From the NCBI RefSeq assembly GCF_035084215.1, contig NC_090330.1:12710001-12774000 (forward strand): a stretch of DNA of 64,000 nucleotides. The letters run 5' to 3'. This document shows positions 36,030 through 48,629 of this stretch, one piece after another; within the stretch, counting starts at the first letter, position 1, and each line of letters starts with the position of its first letter. The notes under the pieces were generated by a model. That model worked only from the letters and a program-made list of their open reading frames with translations, made no database searches and was not told the DNA's origin. The DNA comes from Heptranchias perlo. Lineage: Eukaryota. The position numbers and the translations under genes are program-made.

Positions 36030-36293
36030 GAAATAAAAACAGAAAATGCTGGGAATACTCAGCAAATCAGTAGAGAAAGAAACAAGAGTTCACGTTTCAG
36101 GTCGATGACCCTTCGTCAGAACTGGAAGACGTTAAAGAGTTAACAGTTTTTTTAAGCAAGTACAACTCTTTAACACCTTCCAGTTCTGACGAAGGGTCAT
36201 CGACCTGAAACGTGAACTCTTGTTTCTTTCTCCACAGATGCTGCCTCACTTGCTGAGCTTCTCCAGCACTTTCTGTTGTTTTTTTTTTATTTC
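36030..36293. repeat. Long inverted repeat (fold-back) of two Penelope-type ends
   Basis: 36073-36128 is the exact reverse complement of 36177-36232 (56 bp); further pairing 36131-36141 with 36164-36174 and imperfect outer arms. Confidence 0.9.
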
Positions 36294-36409
36294 TCTCCTC
36301 ACATAGCGGTTAGTCACCTCGGTGAATTTTTGTTTTAAACTTGGTGGGGGGAACGAAACCACGAATCCCGATCCTCTACTTCAACTGTTTTAAAGAGAAA
36401 CTAAAAGAG

Positions 36410-36720
36410 AATGAAACGCCGCCTATTCCATGACAGGCGACCGCCGTCTAAGGCGCACTCACCTCCCGCACGGCTAACGGCTCACTCCTCACGAGCGCCA
36501 CCCCCTGACCGCTCAATCTAACTTGCACGCGCACAGGAAGTCCCGCCTCTAGCACGCCAAAGGCGACCCGTCCTCCCGATTGGTTCAAAGGGTGACAGTG
36601 GACGGTCAGCGGGCTCGACCGTGATTGGTCGGACCGGGCTGTCATTCTTCCTGACGTCGCCGCGCCGTTGCTAATGGCCGCTGCCATCACGTTTGGTTGA
36701 TCTCCACTTCCTGGACTGAG
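36410..36720. promoter_or_regulatory. CpG-rich, probably bidirectional promoter of HERC2
   Basis: High CpG density; CAGGAAGT 36534-36541 and CACTTCCTGG 36705-36714 (ETS-like), ATTGG at 36579 and 36624 (CCAAT), TGACGTCG 36652 (CRE-like), ATGGCCGC 36674 (YY1-like); 300-500 nt upstream of the HERC2 ATG. Confidence 0.75.
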
Positions 36721-37010
36721 GCTGATGAGAGGAGAGGGAAGAGAGGAAAAAAATATATATATAGCAGCTGACTGTCCTGAGCGAGGGAGAAACAGGTTTT
36801 AACGGTATGGGGGAGGAGATGGCCCGCTGTTGAATTACCACAGGGTGAGGCCCGAGCCTGTACACATAATGATGGGATGAACTTGAAGTGATTTGTGTAT
36901 TGGATCTCCATTTATAATAATGCGCGTGTTTTTTTTTCCCTGCTCTCTCCCCCCCCCCCCCAACCCCCTCCTCTTGGCATTGAATCTACTTGAAGACCTG
37001 AGGTAGGAAG

Positions 37011-37082
37011 ATGCCTTTCGAGTGTTTCTACTTGGCAGCACAGGCTCGTTTCGACTCAAAGTGGCTGAAGACGGATTTGCAG
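37011..37082 (+). CDS. HERC2: E3 ubiquitin ligase HERC2, first coding exon
   Basis: MPFECFYLAAQARFDSKWLKTDLQ matches the recalled human N-terminus MPSESFCLAAQARLDSKWLKTDIQ; donor CAG|gtatta, phase 0. Confidence 0.95.
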
Positions 37083-37222
37083 GTATTAAAAATTAAATAG
37101 GTAATTATTTTCAGGGTATGGGGGCGGACGATAATCTGTCTATAATCTAGGTTAATATAACTGTGATGATATCTTCCCTCGAGAACTAGATGTAAAATAA
37201 GGATAGGAGCGCTAATCGGATG

Positions 37223-37246
37223 GTGTGTGTGTGTGTGTGTGTGTAT
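37223..37246. repeat. (GT)n microsatellite
   Basis: Directly visible GT run. Confidence 0.9.
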
Positions 37247-38294
37247 ATGGTTGGGTGGGTGAGGGATGCAGATTAATGCAGTGTGATCATATTTTTAGTC
37301 TCTTCTGCAGACAAGCAGTCATGGCTCTGGATGGCTCTTTTTCTCTTCCCTCCTTTCCTCCACCTTTCCCCTGTCAGCTTCAAGGATGAAAATATGAAAT
37401 AGGAAGTGTGATTAAGAGGGCATAAACAGGAACGTGTTTTAAAAATATGTATAAATTTATATCTAGAGAAGGCCCTTGTATTGTCTTGAGTTCAGTTTGC
37501 TCCTTTGGGTGTGTATCAGCATACACTGCAGGCAGTTACCAGTACTGAAACATTATACTGTATTTCAAAGATCAGTATGTACTTTCACTTCAGCATAGGA
37601 TATTTAAAGAATTGCATCAATATCAACAAAATACTAGTTGCTATACATTATCCTTATCTCCTTTGGCCTTTAAGCAGGCCTGCATTAAATGGAGATGCAG
37701 TAAGGTGAAGGTTTTTAAAAATAATGCATCTTTTGTAGAAGTATAATTAACTTCTTTAAGCCTCTCTTTCTGAAAGATGTATGTATTGTGCTGAATTATT
37801 TGCATGTATTGAGTGGCATCCAGAATGTATAACTTTGGTAGGCTACTTGTTTTGTGAAGATGCATTGTGTGGGGAGAGGGGGAGACTTGATAGTCAATAT
37901 GACTGAAGTAAACCCCTGAAGGAGTGAATATTTGTGATGTAACTAAAAATTGGAAATTCATAGTAGTGATGCAGTATTTGCTGCAAATTATATTGCTATG
38001 GAATATTGGGGCATAGATTTGTACCCACTGTTTCCCACATATTGAATTTCAAACACAATTGTACAAATAGAGGAGAAGCCAGCAGAGGACATGTATATTT
38101 CCATGTAGTGTAGGGAGGAGAGTTGTAATTGGAATGTGAGCTTATTTTCTCTTCTCTGTTTTGCCCCCCCCCCCCCCCCCAAAAAAAAATTCTGCTGCTT
38201 TAGTTTATCTTCTGGCATTTAGATACAGAGTAGGGGGAGGAGTGATAGCAGATCAGCTCTCTATCCTGTATGCAAGACAGAATGATTCGTTTAG

Positions 38295-38610
38295 AATTAT
38301 ATAGGAATCACAACACACAAACTAGCTGTTTGCCCTAACAAGTCCATGTTGTTGTTTATCTTAATTCCATGTGCCTGCCCTGTTCCCATATCCCTTTATT
38401 CCCCTTTCCTTCAACCACCTATCTAATCTATTCTTAAATGTTGACAGGGGCTCTGCTTCAATTACTAACTCTGGTAATGCATTCCACAGTCTCACAACCC
38501 TCTGTGTATAAAAAAAAATGTTTCTGGTCTATGTCCTAAATCTCTTGCATTTCATTTTATATCTGTGTCCCCTTGTTCTAGACCCTGCAAGCTCTGAAAA
38601 TGGTCTTGTG
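38295..38610 (-). mobile_element. CR1 3' end
   Basis: Reverse complement of the CR1 ORF2 C-terminus and 3' UTR (cattccacagtctcacaaccctctgtgt). Confidence 0.7.
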
Positions 38611-39454
38611 ATGTAGGAAGAACTGAAAATCCAGAACCATTGTGTTTGCTTGGGATTTCCTGCATGATTTTTATTCTAAGACAAAACTGAATTTATAGGG
38701 TCTTTAATGCAGCAAAATGTCCCAAGGAGGAGGGGGATTGAATGCTGAACAGGAATTGGGAGAAGAGTTAGGAGAGGTGACTGAAAGCTAAGTCAAAGAG
38801 GTAGGTTTTGAAAAAGCTTTTGAAGATGGAGAGAGTTGTGGCAAGTTGGGGGGTTTAGGAAGAGAACTTGAGTGCAGAGCCGTGATGGCTGAAGAGGATG
38901 GGGGGAGGTGGTGCACATTAGTGAAGACTCAGAATAATGGAGGATGTAAGCTTAGAGGTAGGATTGAAGGAGGTTGCATAAGTAGGGTGGAATGGGGTTA
39001 TTGAATAATTTGCAGATCGGGGAAAGGGTTTTGAAATCTATATGCTGGATTTTGTGTAGCTAATGGAAGTTGGTGGAATAACAGTGATAGTTAGTGGGAC
39101 TTAGTTAGGGATAAGAATGGAAGTGGAGTTCTGGATGAGTTGAAGTAGGGTGGAGCATTGGAGGTGAACAAGAAGATCGTTGGAGGAAATGAGCCTGGAG
39201 ATGAGTAAGATATGGATGAGGATTTTAGTGGTGAGATTCTGAGACCGAGGTGGAAATACATAGTGTTGGTGATGGACTGGATGTAGGATTTGAAGCTCCA
39301 CATAGGGTTAAGCCAAGGGTGTACAATGTTGGGTTCAGTCTAAATGAGCAGTTGGGGCAGGGATGGAATCTGGGCTAAGATGCGGGTCTATCAGCTTATG
39401 CATTACAGGGTTTCAGAAAGATTCTAGTGAATTAGTTTCTACTAACTTCCGTTA

Positions 39455-39870
39455 TGTGGATAAGCTGGGATTGTTCTCCTTCGAGCAGAGAAGGTCAAGG
39501 AAGACCTAATAGAATATTCAAAATTATGAGGGGTTTTGATAGAGCAAGTAGGGAGAAACTGTTTCCTCTGATAAGTGGGTCGGTATCCAGAGGTCATAGA
39601 TTTAAAATAATTGGCAAAAGAACTAGACGGGGAATCAGGAGAAATTTTTCACACATCTGGAATGCACTACCTGAAAGGGTGGTGGAATCACTTCCATAGG
39701 AACTTTCAAAAGGCAATTGGACATGTACTTGAAGAGGGCTAATTTGCAGGGTTATGGGGCGGGGGGGGGGGAAGTTGGGGTGTGGGACTAAATTGGATAA
39801 CTTTCAAGAGCCAGCACAGGCATGATGGGCCAAATGGCCACCTTCTGTGCTATAAAATTCTATGATTCTA
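39455..39870 (+). mobile_element. CR1 3' end
   Basis: FKIMRGFDR...RGHRFKIIGKR...WNALPERVV; attctatgattcta tail. Confidence 0.8.
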
Positions 39871-41439
39871 CTGACCATCATTTGTAGATGATCTGGCATC
39901 GTGATGAAGGTATTGAGCAATGATATTGTCATGCTGTGTTGATGAGGCTTTACAAACCTGGTGTAAACAAATAGATTTAATGTTCTAAATGGATACTGAT
40001 TAATTTTAAAACAGTGAGTTTGATTTTTGCTTTGTTAATGTACAGCTTTGGAATTATTTTTGTTGAAAGAAACAAAAATTTACAGAAGGGTATTTTAAGC
40101 AAATGCTTTTTGCTCCAAATTATCTTGTTCTGTTTACAGTCTAGCTGTAGCAAACTGAGTTTCATCAGAATCCATTAATAGGCCTTCACTTGGGGCTGCT
40201 GTTGATGTCAGGATTTTCAGAACCTGTGCATGTTCCCTGTAGAATTTCAACATAATTTCCCTATCACAAAGTAATGCTTTCTTTGTTCCACTCTAGTGCA
40301 AAACAAAATAAATGGGCTTGAAAAGTGGAGCTCACTGATCCTTCGTAAGAGATACAAAAGGATGTTGATGATTATATATTGACCTGATTGTAATGAGATG
40401 GAACAGATTACACTGTAGTGATGTGATTTTGTTTTAGTCTGATTGCAAAGCAAGAAAGACTGACAACATAGATTTTGTCATCACCCATAGGTAGGATATT
40501 TTTAGAAAAAGGATATCTCTTCCAAACTTCTCACTTGCTGTAGAAAGTAAAAGTAATGGTTTATTTAAAATTTGATGGTATTCAATCTAAAATGAAAGAT
40601 AAGTTATCTGGACAGTGATCACATTTTAGTGAAAACTGAAGTGCCCTATTTGTTTACTGTGTTGTGGTAGTACTATACATTATAAGCAAGAGAGTGTAGT
40701 CATCTGAAACTCAGTCCATTGTATGAAGAAGCTTAAATATAGTTAACAATCACTTGGCTGTGGGAAGTCTCTGACTTGCTCAGTTGCATCCCACTACAAT
40801 TTCCTCGGCTTTTTATGCTCCCAACAACATGTGTCAAATTTGTGAGATCTGCTCTTGTTATCGCATCTGATATGTCAAAAATTGCAGATCAAAATCTTTA
40901 AGGCAAATTAATGGTGCCTAGGAGTGCAGTAATACATTTAAAAAAATGCATAATATACTGAACTGAGATATATTCTAATCCCTGTTGATGTTAGATTCTT
41001 GAACACATCTTTTTATTTTGTTTAATCTATACAGTTTCTCCTGCTGGTCACCTTTCTCTGCATCTTTGTCTTGTGAAGGGGAGAGTTAGTTTTTTTTAAA
41101 GCACTAGGTGATGATCTTTCAACTGGAAAGTACAGTATGTCTTTCCCCCTTTAATCGAGGCATCTTAGTGAAAAATGTTTAGGTATATATTATACGTTGC
41201 AGCTTAAAATTATGGACGATATTGCTGTGAATTCTGGATTGGCTATTTACTAATGAGGAATTGCCTTTATTGTATCTTAGGTATTTTCTCTCAGGCAGGC
41301 TTCCGCAATAGGCTATAAATTCTAACTAAAATGTGTACATGGTTCCGGATTAACAGGATGTATTTGTGCAAGTGAATGTTACTGATGCAAATACAGGAGC
41401 TATCTGCAGGATTTCTCAAGTCTTATTGTGATTTTTTTT

Positions 41440-42152
41440 TTACTTCCAATGCTTTCCTGGCCGGCCTTCCACCTTGTACCCTCCGTAAACTTGAGCTAAT
41501 TCAAAACTCTGCTGCCTGTGTCCTAACTCTCGCCACATCTCTTCAGCTGCCTAGGCCCTATGCTCTGGAATTCCCTCTGTAAACCTCTCTGCCTCTCTAC
41601 CTCTCTCTCACCTCCTTTTAAGACGTTCTTTAAAACCTCCCTCTTTGATCAAGCTTTTTGGCCACCTGTTCTAATATCTCCTTGTGTGGTTCGGTGTCAG
41701 ATTTTGTTTGATAACGCTTTTGACCTACATTGGCTCCTGGTCCAGCAATGCCTCGATTTTAAAATTCTTATCTTTGTTTTCAAATCCATCTACGGCCTCG
41801 CCCCATCCTATCTCTGTAACCTCCTCCAGCCCTACAACCCTCCGAGAACTCCGTGCTCCTCTAATTCTGGCCTCTTGCACATCCTTGATTTTCATCGCTC
41901 CATTGTTGGCAGCCATGTCTTCAGCTGCCTAGGCCCTATGCTCTGGAATTCCCTCTCTAAACCTCTCCGCCTCTCTACCTCTCCTCCTTTTAAGATGTTC
42001 TTTAAAACCTCCCTCTTTGATCAAGCTTTGGCCACCTGTTCTAATATCTCCTTGTGTGGTTTGGTGTCAGATTTTGTTTGATAACGCTTTTGTGAAGTGC
42101 CGTGGGACATTTTACCACATTAAAGATGCTATATAAATGCAAGTTGTTGTTG
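41440..42152 (+). mobile_element. L2-type LINE 3' fragment with an internal duplication of about 180 bp
   Basis: SNAFLAGLP...KLELIQNSAA, LHWL...FKILIFVFKS...LAPSYL...LWNSL; tail ataaatgcaagttgttgttg. Confidence 0.8.
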
Positions 42153-43599
42153 TAAGTTTCCCAATCTATTCTGTAGGATTGCTCATCACCTGTGCTGGCC
42201 TGCATAAATTCTGATGTTGTAGACTTCTTGACTGCACTAGCCCACACAGATGAATGCAGTTGGGAGGTTGGCCTGCAACATCTAGGTTCGGAGCTGCACA
42301 GGTGATTCACAGTCCTCTTAGATGGCTTGTCAGGGCACATTTGCCAAAGTTGGGCAATGCTATTGAGTTACCCTTTGTGTATGTGGGTTGGGGGGGGGGG
42401 CAGGAGAATGGAGGAGGAAAGCACCTCCAATGTGATGTGACCTTTTCCATGTTGTCTGTTGTGATTCATGGTCAAAGTTCCTGGTGAGGATTGAAATACT
42501 TTTAGATGGATAATATGAAGTGACGAGGAAATCCTGAAGGGCTTACAAGTGCTTGGTAGATAAATCTTTATTTGTACATTATGTCACATTAGCCCGGCTG
42601 TGCTTAGTTTTACAGGTGGGGCTGTTTAAGTTTTAAGCAAATCAAAAATATTTAAGGTGGTAAAGGAAGCACCATGGGAATCACCTGGAACTTCAATCTC
42701 CAATATGTGTACTAACTATTCTGAACTTTGCAATATTGTGAACGAGCACCCCTCTTAAAAAAAAAAATTGAGCTATTTAAGTGTTTTTCGTAACTGCAGA
42801 TTAAACATGCTTTGTATGTTTTTATCCCAGTAGAATTTCTGATGAACCACTGAGATTGTATAAGGCCTACAGTTTAACTAGTCCAGTTCAATCATTTCCT
42901 GTATGCCTGCCCTTCCCGTTTTACATTGCCAAGCACTTAAATTGTCAACTTGTGTGTTGTGAAGGGAAGCTAAACTGAAGAGAGAGGGGGACAAATATTT
43001 AACTTTGGCCATTGCCCAATTTCTGTTCATATCTGTGAAAAAAGACAACTGAGGATATGTGAGAGAATGGTGAAATTAGATCTAACTGCTCCCCAGTCCC
43101 TGCCAAAGATCTTTGTGACAGTTAATGTGAGTCTGGCCCATTGTCCTACCTGTAAACTGCTTTTTATCAGAGCTGGAGTTCTGGCACCATTCCAGAGCAG
43201 TTGTAAAAGGATACCAAATTTTATATTATTGTGCAAGTGTAGCATAAAGCTTGTAGGTTTGTTTCAATCTAGTTGAAAGTTAGCCCCTTAGATAACTATC
43301 CAGCTTTTTGGAAAATAGTTCTCGAGACTAGAATACCTGCAGATATAACATCAACAGCTTACATTTATATAGTGCCATTAACATACTGAAACACCCCAAA
43401 TCCTTGTTTTGTGGCCCTGTCTGAAGAGATAAGCCTAGCATCATATATTACTGATTCTCCAGAATGCTTTCCAAAAGCCTACTGGAATCCTCAGAATAGT
43501 GAGCATAGTATATGAATCATGGTTTCTTTACTCAGAGTACAGTCAGCAAAGGTACCGAAACCGATGTCCTATGCGTTGTAAACAAACCCATGAAAAGCA

Positions 43600-44045
43600 C
43601 TATTCAGTCTCGGATCACTATTTATTGCCTCTGAATCTGAAGGTCATGAATTCAAGCCTTACTCTAGGAATTAAGTATGTAATCTAGGCTGATAGTTCAA
43701 TGCAGTACTGAGAGAGCACTGCATTGTTGGAGATATCATTTTTCAGATGAGGTGTTAAACCAAGGCCCGATCTGACAGTTCAGTTGGATATACAAGATCC
43801 CACAAAACTATTTGGAGAGGAGTAGACGAGTTCTTCCTGTGCCCTGGCCAACTTTTATTCTTCAACCAACACCACAAGAAAAACAGATTAGTCATTCACC
43901 TGATTGTCTGTGGAAATTTGCTGTGTGCAAATTGGTTGACATGTTTGCCTACAAAATAACAATGCCCACATTTCAAAAGTAATTCATTAGCTGTATAGTG
44001 CCTGGGGATGTCTTGAGGATATGAGAGATGCTATATAAATGCATT
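43600..44045 (+). mobile_element. Deu-domain SINE, diverged copy
   Basis: Colinear with 5583-6017 (gcagtactgag...cagatgaggtgttaaaccaagg...aagatcccac...gctatataaatgc). Confidence 0.65.
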
Positions 44046-46311
44046 ATTTGGAAACTTATTCTAGATCAGTTGGAGCCTGGTTCTCACTGTTGTCCTATAT
44101 ATCACAATACAACACATTATAGCATTTGTTACTTTTGATGTATAGTTGTTGGCGGGGGGGGGGGGGGCGGTGGTTGCGAGAGGTAGGAACAGAGTGGGGC
44201 TTTGCCTTTAACATAAGAACTTAACCTGGGGCATGATCCTGACAGAATTAACAGTGAATAACTCAATCATCACTTGAAGAGGAAACTTCAGTCATTTCTG
44301 TTGCTCCTGCTCCATACCCAGTCCCAAAACAGAGTATCCTAATGATCTGGAGTAATCTGACTGAAGATACTCCCCTTATGGCATGAGTATTCAAACCTCG
44401 CAGGTCACATCAATGTACCCATTCATTTTTAAGTATCTCAAGATGCCGATGCTACCAGATTCTGATTTAGGATTTATCCATTAATGAGGCTATAGCGCTA
44501 AGAACACCTCCTTCCAAGCCTCTAGGTCCGTGAAATTCAAAAGGAGTACCAGGGACTAAGAAACATAAACACAAATAGAATTAAATTGCCTAAGCTTTAT
44601 TGGCTGGATTGACAGGGCTTGTGGTTTGGATGTGGCTCACATGCCGTACTTTGGGAAGTCTTGCCTAATGGCTTTCTGCATTTTATTGAGGTGCATCTGG
44701 TTTTTAAAAGTTACTTAAAACAGATTGTAGTATACAATCATTACCTTTTTAAACTTTTTAAAGAAGCTATTCCATGTAGAAATAGTTTGAATAATGAATA
44801 AATGAGAATATAGTCCCCACCACTTTTTACCATCCACGCTTATCAAGGACAGCCACTATGGCGCTAACCATTTGCCATTACCATTGAAGCCAATTACAGA
44901 AGCGTCGCTTATAATACATTAAGCATGCCTGCTATTTTAGGCTATATGGGAGGTGGAAGCTATGTCATCTTAATGTGCACAAGTTGCCACCAGCCCATTT
45001 TAGTGCTTCTGAATTGATTAACTGTATAACAAAGGCACAAAACACTTATTGAATTACTCTGATGTGCTGTAGTGGCAAATCAAGTTCGTAGGTGTCTCTG
45101 GAGCAATGAGAATTGCAATGATCCACAGATGGAGACCCAGAAAAAATCCACAATTTTGTTTTTTGTATACATCGTGCAGCAGTTTTACCGTTCACTCCTG
45201 GGGTGATAGTGGGCAAATCACGTTAACACCAACGTACCCACTATAAGTGGTGGGGACTGTATTTAGGTGTAGATTGCTGCTTAAATTAGAGATATTTTCA
45301 ATATTTTTACTTTTTTGTTGTGACATGAATTTGAAATTATGTGATTAAAATAATACTTCTGAGATAACCATGTAGTACCTTCACTCTAATTCCATAATGT
45401 TTAGTTCAAATCAATATGCAATTAATCTTTATTTTTAAGTGGAGAGGAAGGGAACTCTAGTATCAGTCTTCAAGTATAAATATACAAAATGCTCTCCTGG
45501 AAGGTCAGTGATTTTATTCAGCAAGCAGCTAAGTCTTGCAGACTGGAAAAGGCCCAGGTTGGATCCTGGGGCTCTGCTGAGTTAGCTGATCTCGGCTGGG
45601 CTGGCAGTAGGGTGCAACAATTGGTGTCTGTGCCTCTGGCTTGGTGGGGAAAATTGGCCTGGGTTCCTGCTGCTGATTTCTCACGACTGATCGGTATTGT
45701 GTGCTGGAAGTGATGATGTTGGTGAAGATAACATTCAGCTTGTAGATGATGGTAAAATAAAATGAGTACTCATTGTTTCCTTCTTATCCACTCTCAGGGT
45801 TTACTCAGATTCCCCATAGCTTTGAATTTAATTAATAGCCTTTTGTGTGGAATTTTATCAAAAGCATTTGGGAATTGAGGTTCACTATGTTGTAATGCTT
45901 CCCTCAGTCCACTTGGTTTGTCACTTACTCAAAATAAAGTTGAGATTGGTCAGGCAGGATCTTCCCCTTTTGAATCCACGTTGACTGCTGTTAACTGGGT
46001 TATTGTACAGATGATCCTCAAGCTTACTCTTCCTAATCAATTCTATTATTTTACATGGAATTCAAGGGTCATTGGTCTGTAGTTGCCTGTGTCTGCTTGG
46101 TCACCTTCTTTGTCACCACATCTGTTTCCAATTCAGAGATAACTTCCCAGTGCCCATTAACTCCTTCACAATGATTCTCAATGCCTTGCAAATCTCTTCC
46201 TTAGTCTCTCTCAGCACTCTGGGATAAATGCTATCTATCCCTGAAGATTTATTTGTTTTGACCCCATTTTAGCCTACCTTGAACTTCTATCTCATATGGT
46301 GACGTAAAGGA

Positions 46312-47032
46312 AGTGAGTGACCTTGGAGAGTATGTCCACAGATCCCTGAAGGTAGCAGGACAGGTAGATAAGGTGATTAAGAAGGCATATGGAATGCTTT
46401 CCTTTATTAGCTGAGGCATAGAATATAAGAGCAGGGAGGTTATGCTGGAACTGTATAAAACACTGGTTAGGCCACAGCTTGAGTACTGTGTACAGTTCTG
46501 GTCACCACATTTCAGGAAGGATGTAATTGCACTAGAGTGGGTACAGAGGAGATTTACAGGGATGTTGCCAGAACTGGAGAATTTTAGCTAAGAGGAAAGA
46601 TTGGATAGGCTGGGGTTGTTCTCTTTGGAACAGAGGAGACTAAGGGGTGATTTAATTGAGGTGTACAAAATTATGAGGGGCCTAGATAGAATGGATAGGA
46701 AGGACCTATTTCCCTTAGCAGAGAGGTCAATAACCAGGGGGATAGATTCAAAGTGATTGGTAGAAGGACTCGAGGGGAGCTGAGGAAAAACTTTTTCACC
46801 CAGAGGATGGTGGGGGTTTGGAACTCACCGCCTGAAAGGGTGGTAGAGGCAGAAACCCTCAACTCAATTTAAAAAAAAAAGTACCTGGATGTGCACCTGA
46901 AGTGCCATGCCCTACAAGGCTACGGAGCAAGTGCTGGAAAGTGGGATTAGGCTGGGTGGCTCGTTTTCGGCCGGCGTGGACATGAAGGGCCGAATGGCCT
47001 CCTTCTGTGCCGTAAATTTTCTGTGATTCTAC
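46312..47032 (+). mobile_element. CR1 3' fragment inserted in an older minus-strand CR1 (about 45780-47700)
   Basis: Encodes LYKTLVRPQLEYCVQFWSP and RGDLIEVYKIMRG; 3' UTR present; both flanks are degenerate antisense CR1. Confidence 0.8.
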
Positions 47033-48154
47033 AATTAATTGTACTTAGGGTAGCTTTAGGAATGGGCATGTTGCTCATATCTCCCTTTGTGAATATGCAT
47101 CTTTTTGGTTTTCTCTAACTGCCTTCTTACTCTGGTATTATAATTTTATTTTTACTGTTATGCTTAGCCCTAGCTGCTATTGCCATTTTCCAGGTCTCTC
47201 TTTGCCCCTATGATCACCCTTTTAACATAGTACTGCACCTTCTTCGATTATATTCATCCCAATGAGCCCCTTCCCCTTTCTCCAAACAGGATTTGTCCAG
47301 TCCATTTTCCTCTTTATTTCACTTTGATTTACTTGTTAATCCATTTAGGGTCACGTTTGCCTAGTCAGAGCTTGTAGGTTTTGGGAATATTTATATTTTG
47401 CATGCTCAGTGTTGTTCATTTCAAGGTGCTCCACTTATCTTCTATTAAAGCGTTGCTGAACAGTATTCTCTAATTTATTTGTTTTAGTTGTTCCCACATT
47501 TCATTGCACTTTTTAAGTTGTATACCTGGCTCCTGGACTTGGGTATTTCTGACTCCCAGGACATGTTAAACATTACCATTCTATGGTTGCTGTCCCTCAC
47601 GGGTGCTACAACATCCATTTCTTGTACATTTCTCATCATTAACTTATACCAGGTCAAGAGGAGCATTTCCGCCTGTGGCTTCCTTGATACAGTAACTGTA
47701 CATAATATTGACGAACAATGTCTGGTAGTGCAAATGTGTGGGCAAGCTTGATTTATGTAAACACATTTGGGAAGGATTCAAAGAGGAGTAAGAATTCCAT
47801 TGTTGTAGTCATTTTCCAGTTAAATGGTTTTGAGAGTTTGCCATGTTTGTACTTAATTGAATTTCTTACAAAGTAGTTACTGTTGTTCCTTTGCATTCCA
47901 GAATTGTTTTAAAAAGATTCAGCTCTTTTTGTACTTATCGGCAACATTTCTTAAAGCCAGATTTTAGTACTGATGAGGATGTTTCACAAACCATATCAGA
48001 TGTGCCATTTCATTTCAATTTTTGTTGAGATTATAGCCACCATACAACCTCTTATGGAGTTGAGATTGTATTTCCATAGTCCGGTTGTGAATTTTAGCAG
48101 CTTGCTAAATGCCTTATTTTTCTAATAATGCAGAAATACCTATCAGGAAAGATT

Positions 48155-48548
48155 CTCCAGAAAAGAGAAGACTGAGAGGTGTCCTGATAGAGGTCTTTAA
48201 GATTATGAAGGGGTTTGATAAGATAGACGTAGAGAAGATGTTTCCACTTGTGGGGGAGATCAGAACTAGGGGCCATAAATATACGATAGTCCAATAAATA
48301 AATCCAATAAGGAATTCAGGAGTATCTTCTCTACTCAGGGAGTGGCTAGAATGTGGAACTCACTTCCACAAGGAGTAGTTGAGGCGATCAGCATAGATGC
48401 ATTTACGGGGAAGCTAGATAAACACGAGGGAGAAAGGAGTAGAAAGATATGTTGATGGGGTTAGATGAAAAAGGGTGGGAGGAGGCTCGTGGAGCATGGA
48501 CTTGTTGGGCCGAATGGCCTGTTTCTGTGCTGTACATTCTATGTAAAT
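48155..48548 (+). mobile_element. CR1 3' end
   Basis: EKRRLRGVLIEVFKIMKGFDKIDVEKMFPLVGEIRTRGHKY. Confidence 0.85.
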
Positions 48549-48629
48549 AATAGAAGCTGTGTACCGACCAAAAAAGCACTCAATTTACAAAGTTTAGGCT
48601 GTGATTTTGGATACGTTCAGTCAGATTAT

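Noticed and set aside
36448-36690. 80-aa minus-strand ORF as a protein-coding gene such as NIPA1
   Set aside because: No resemblance to NIPA1 or any family I recognise, and it overlaps core promoter motifs; only the splice donor is kept as a finding.
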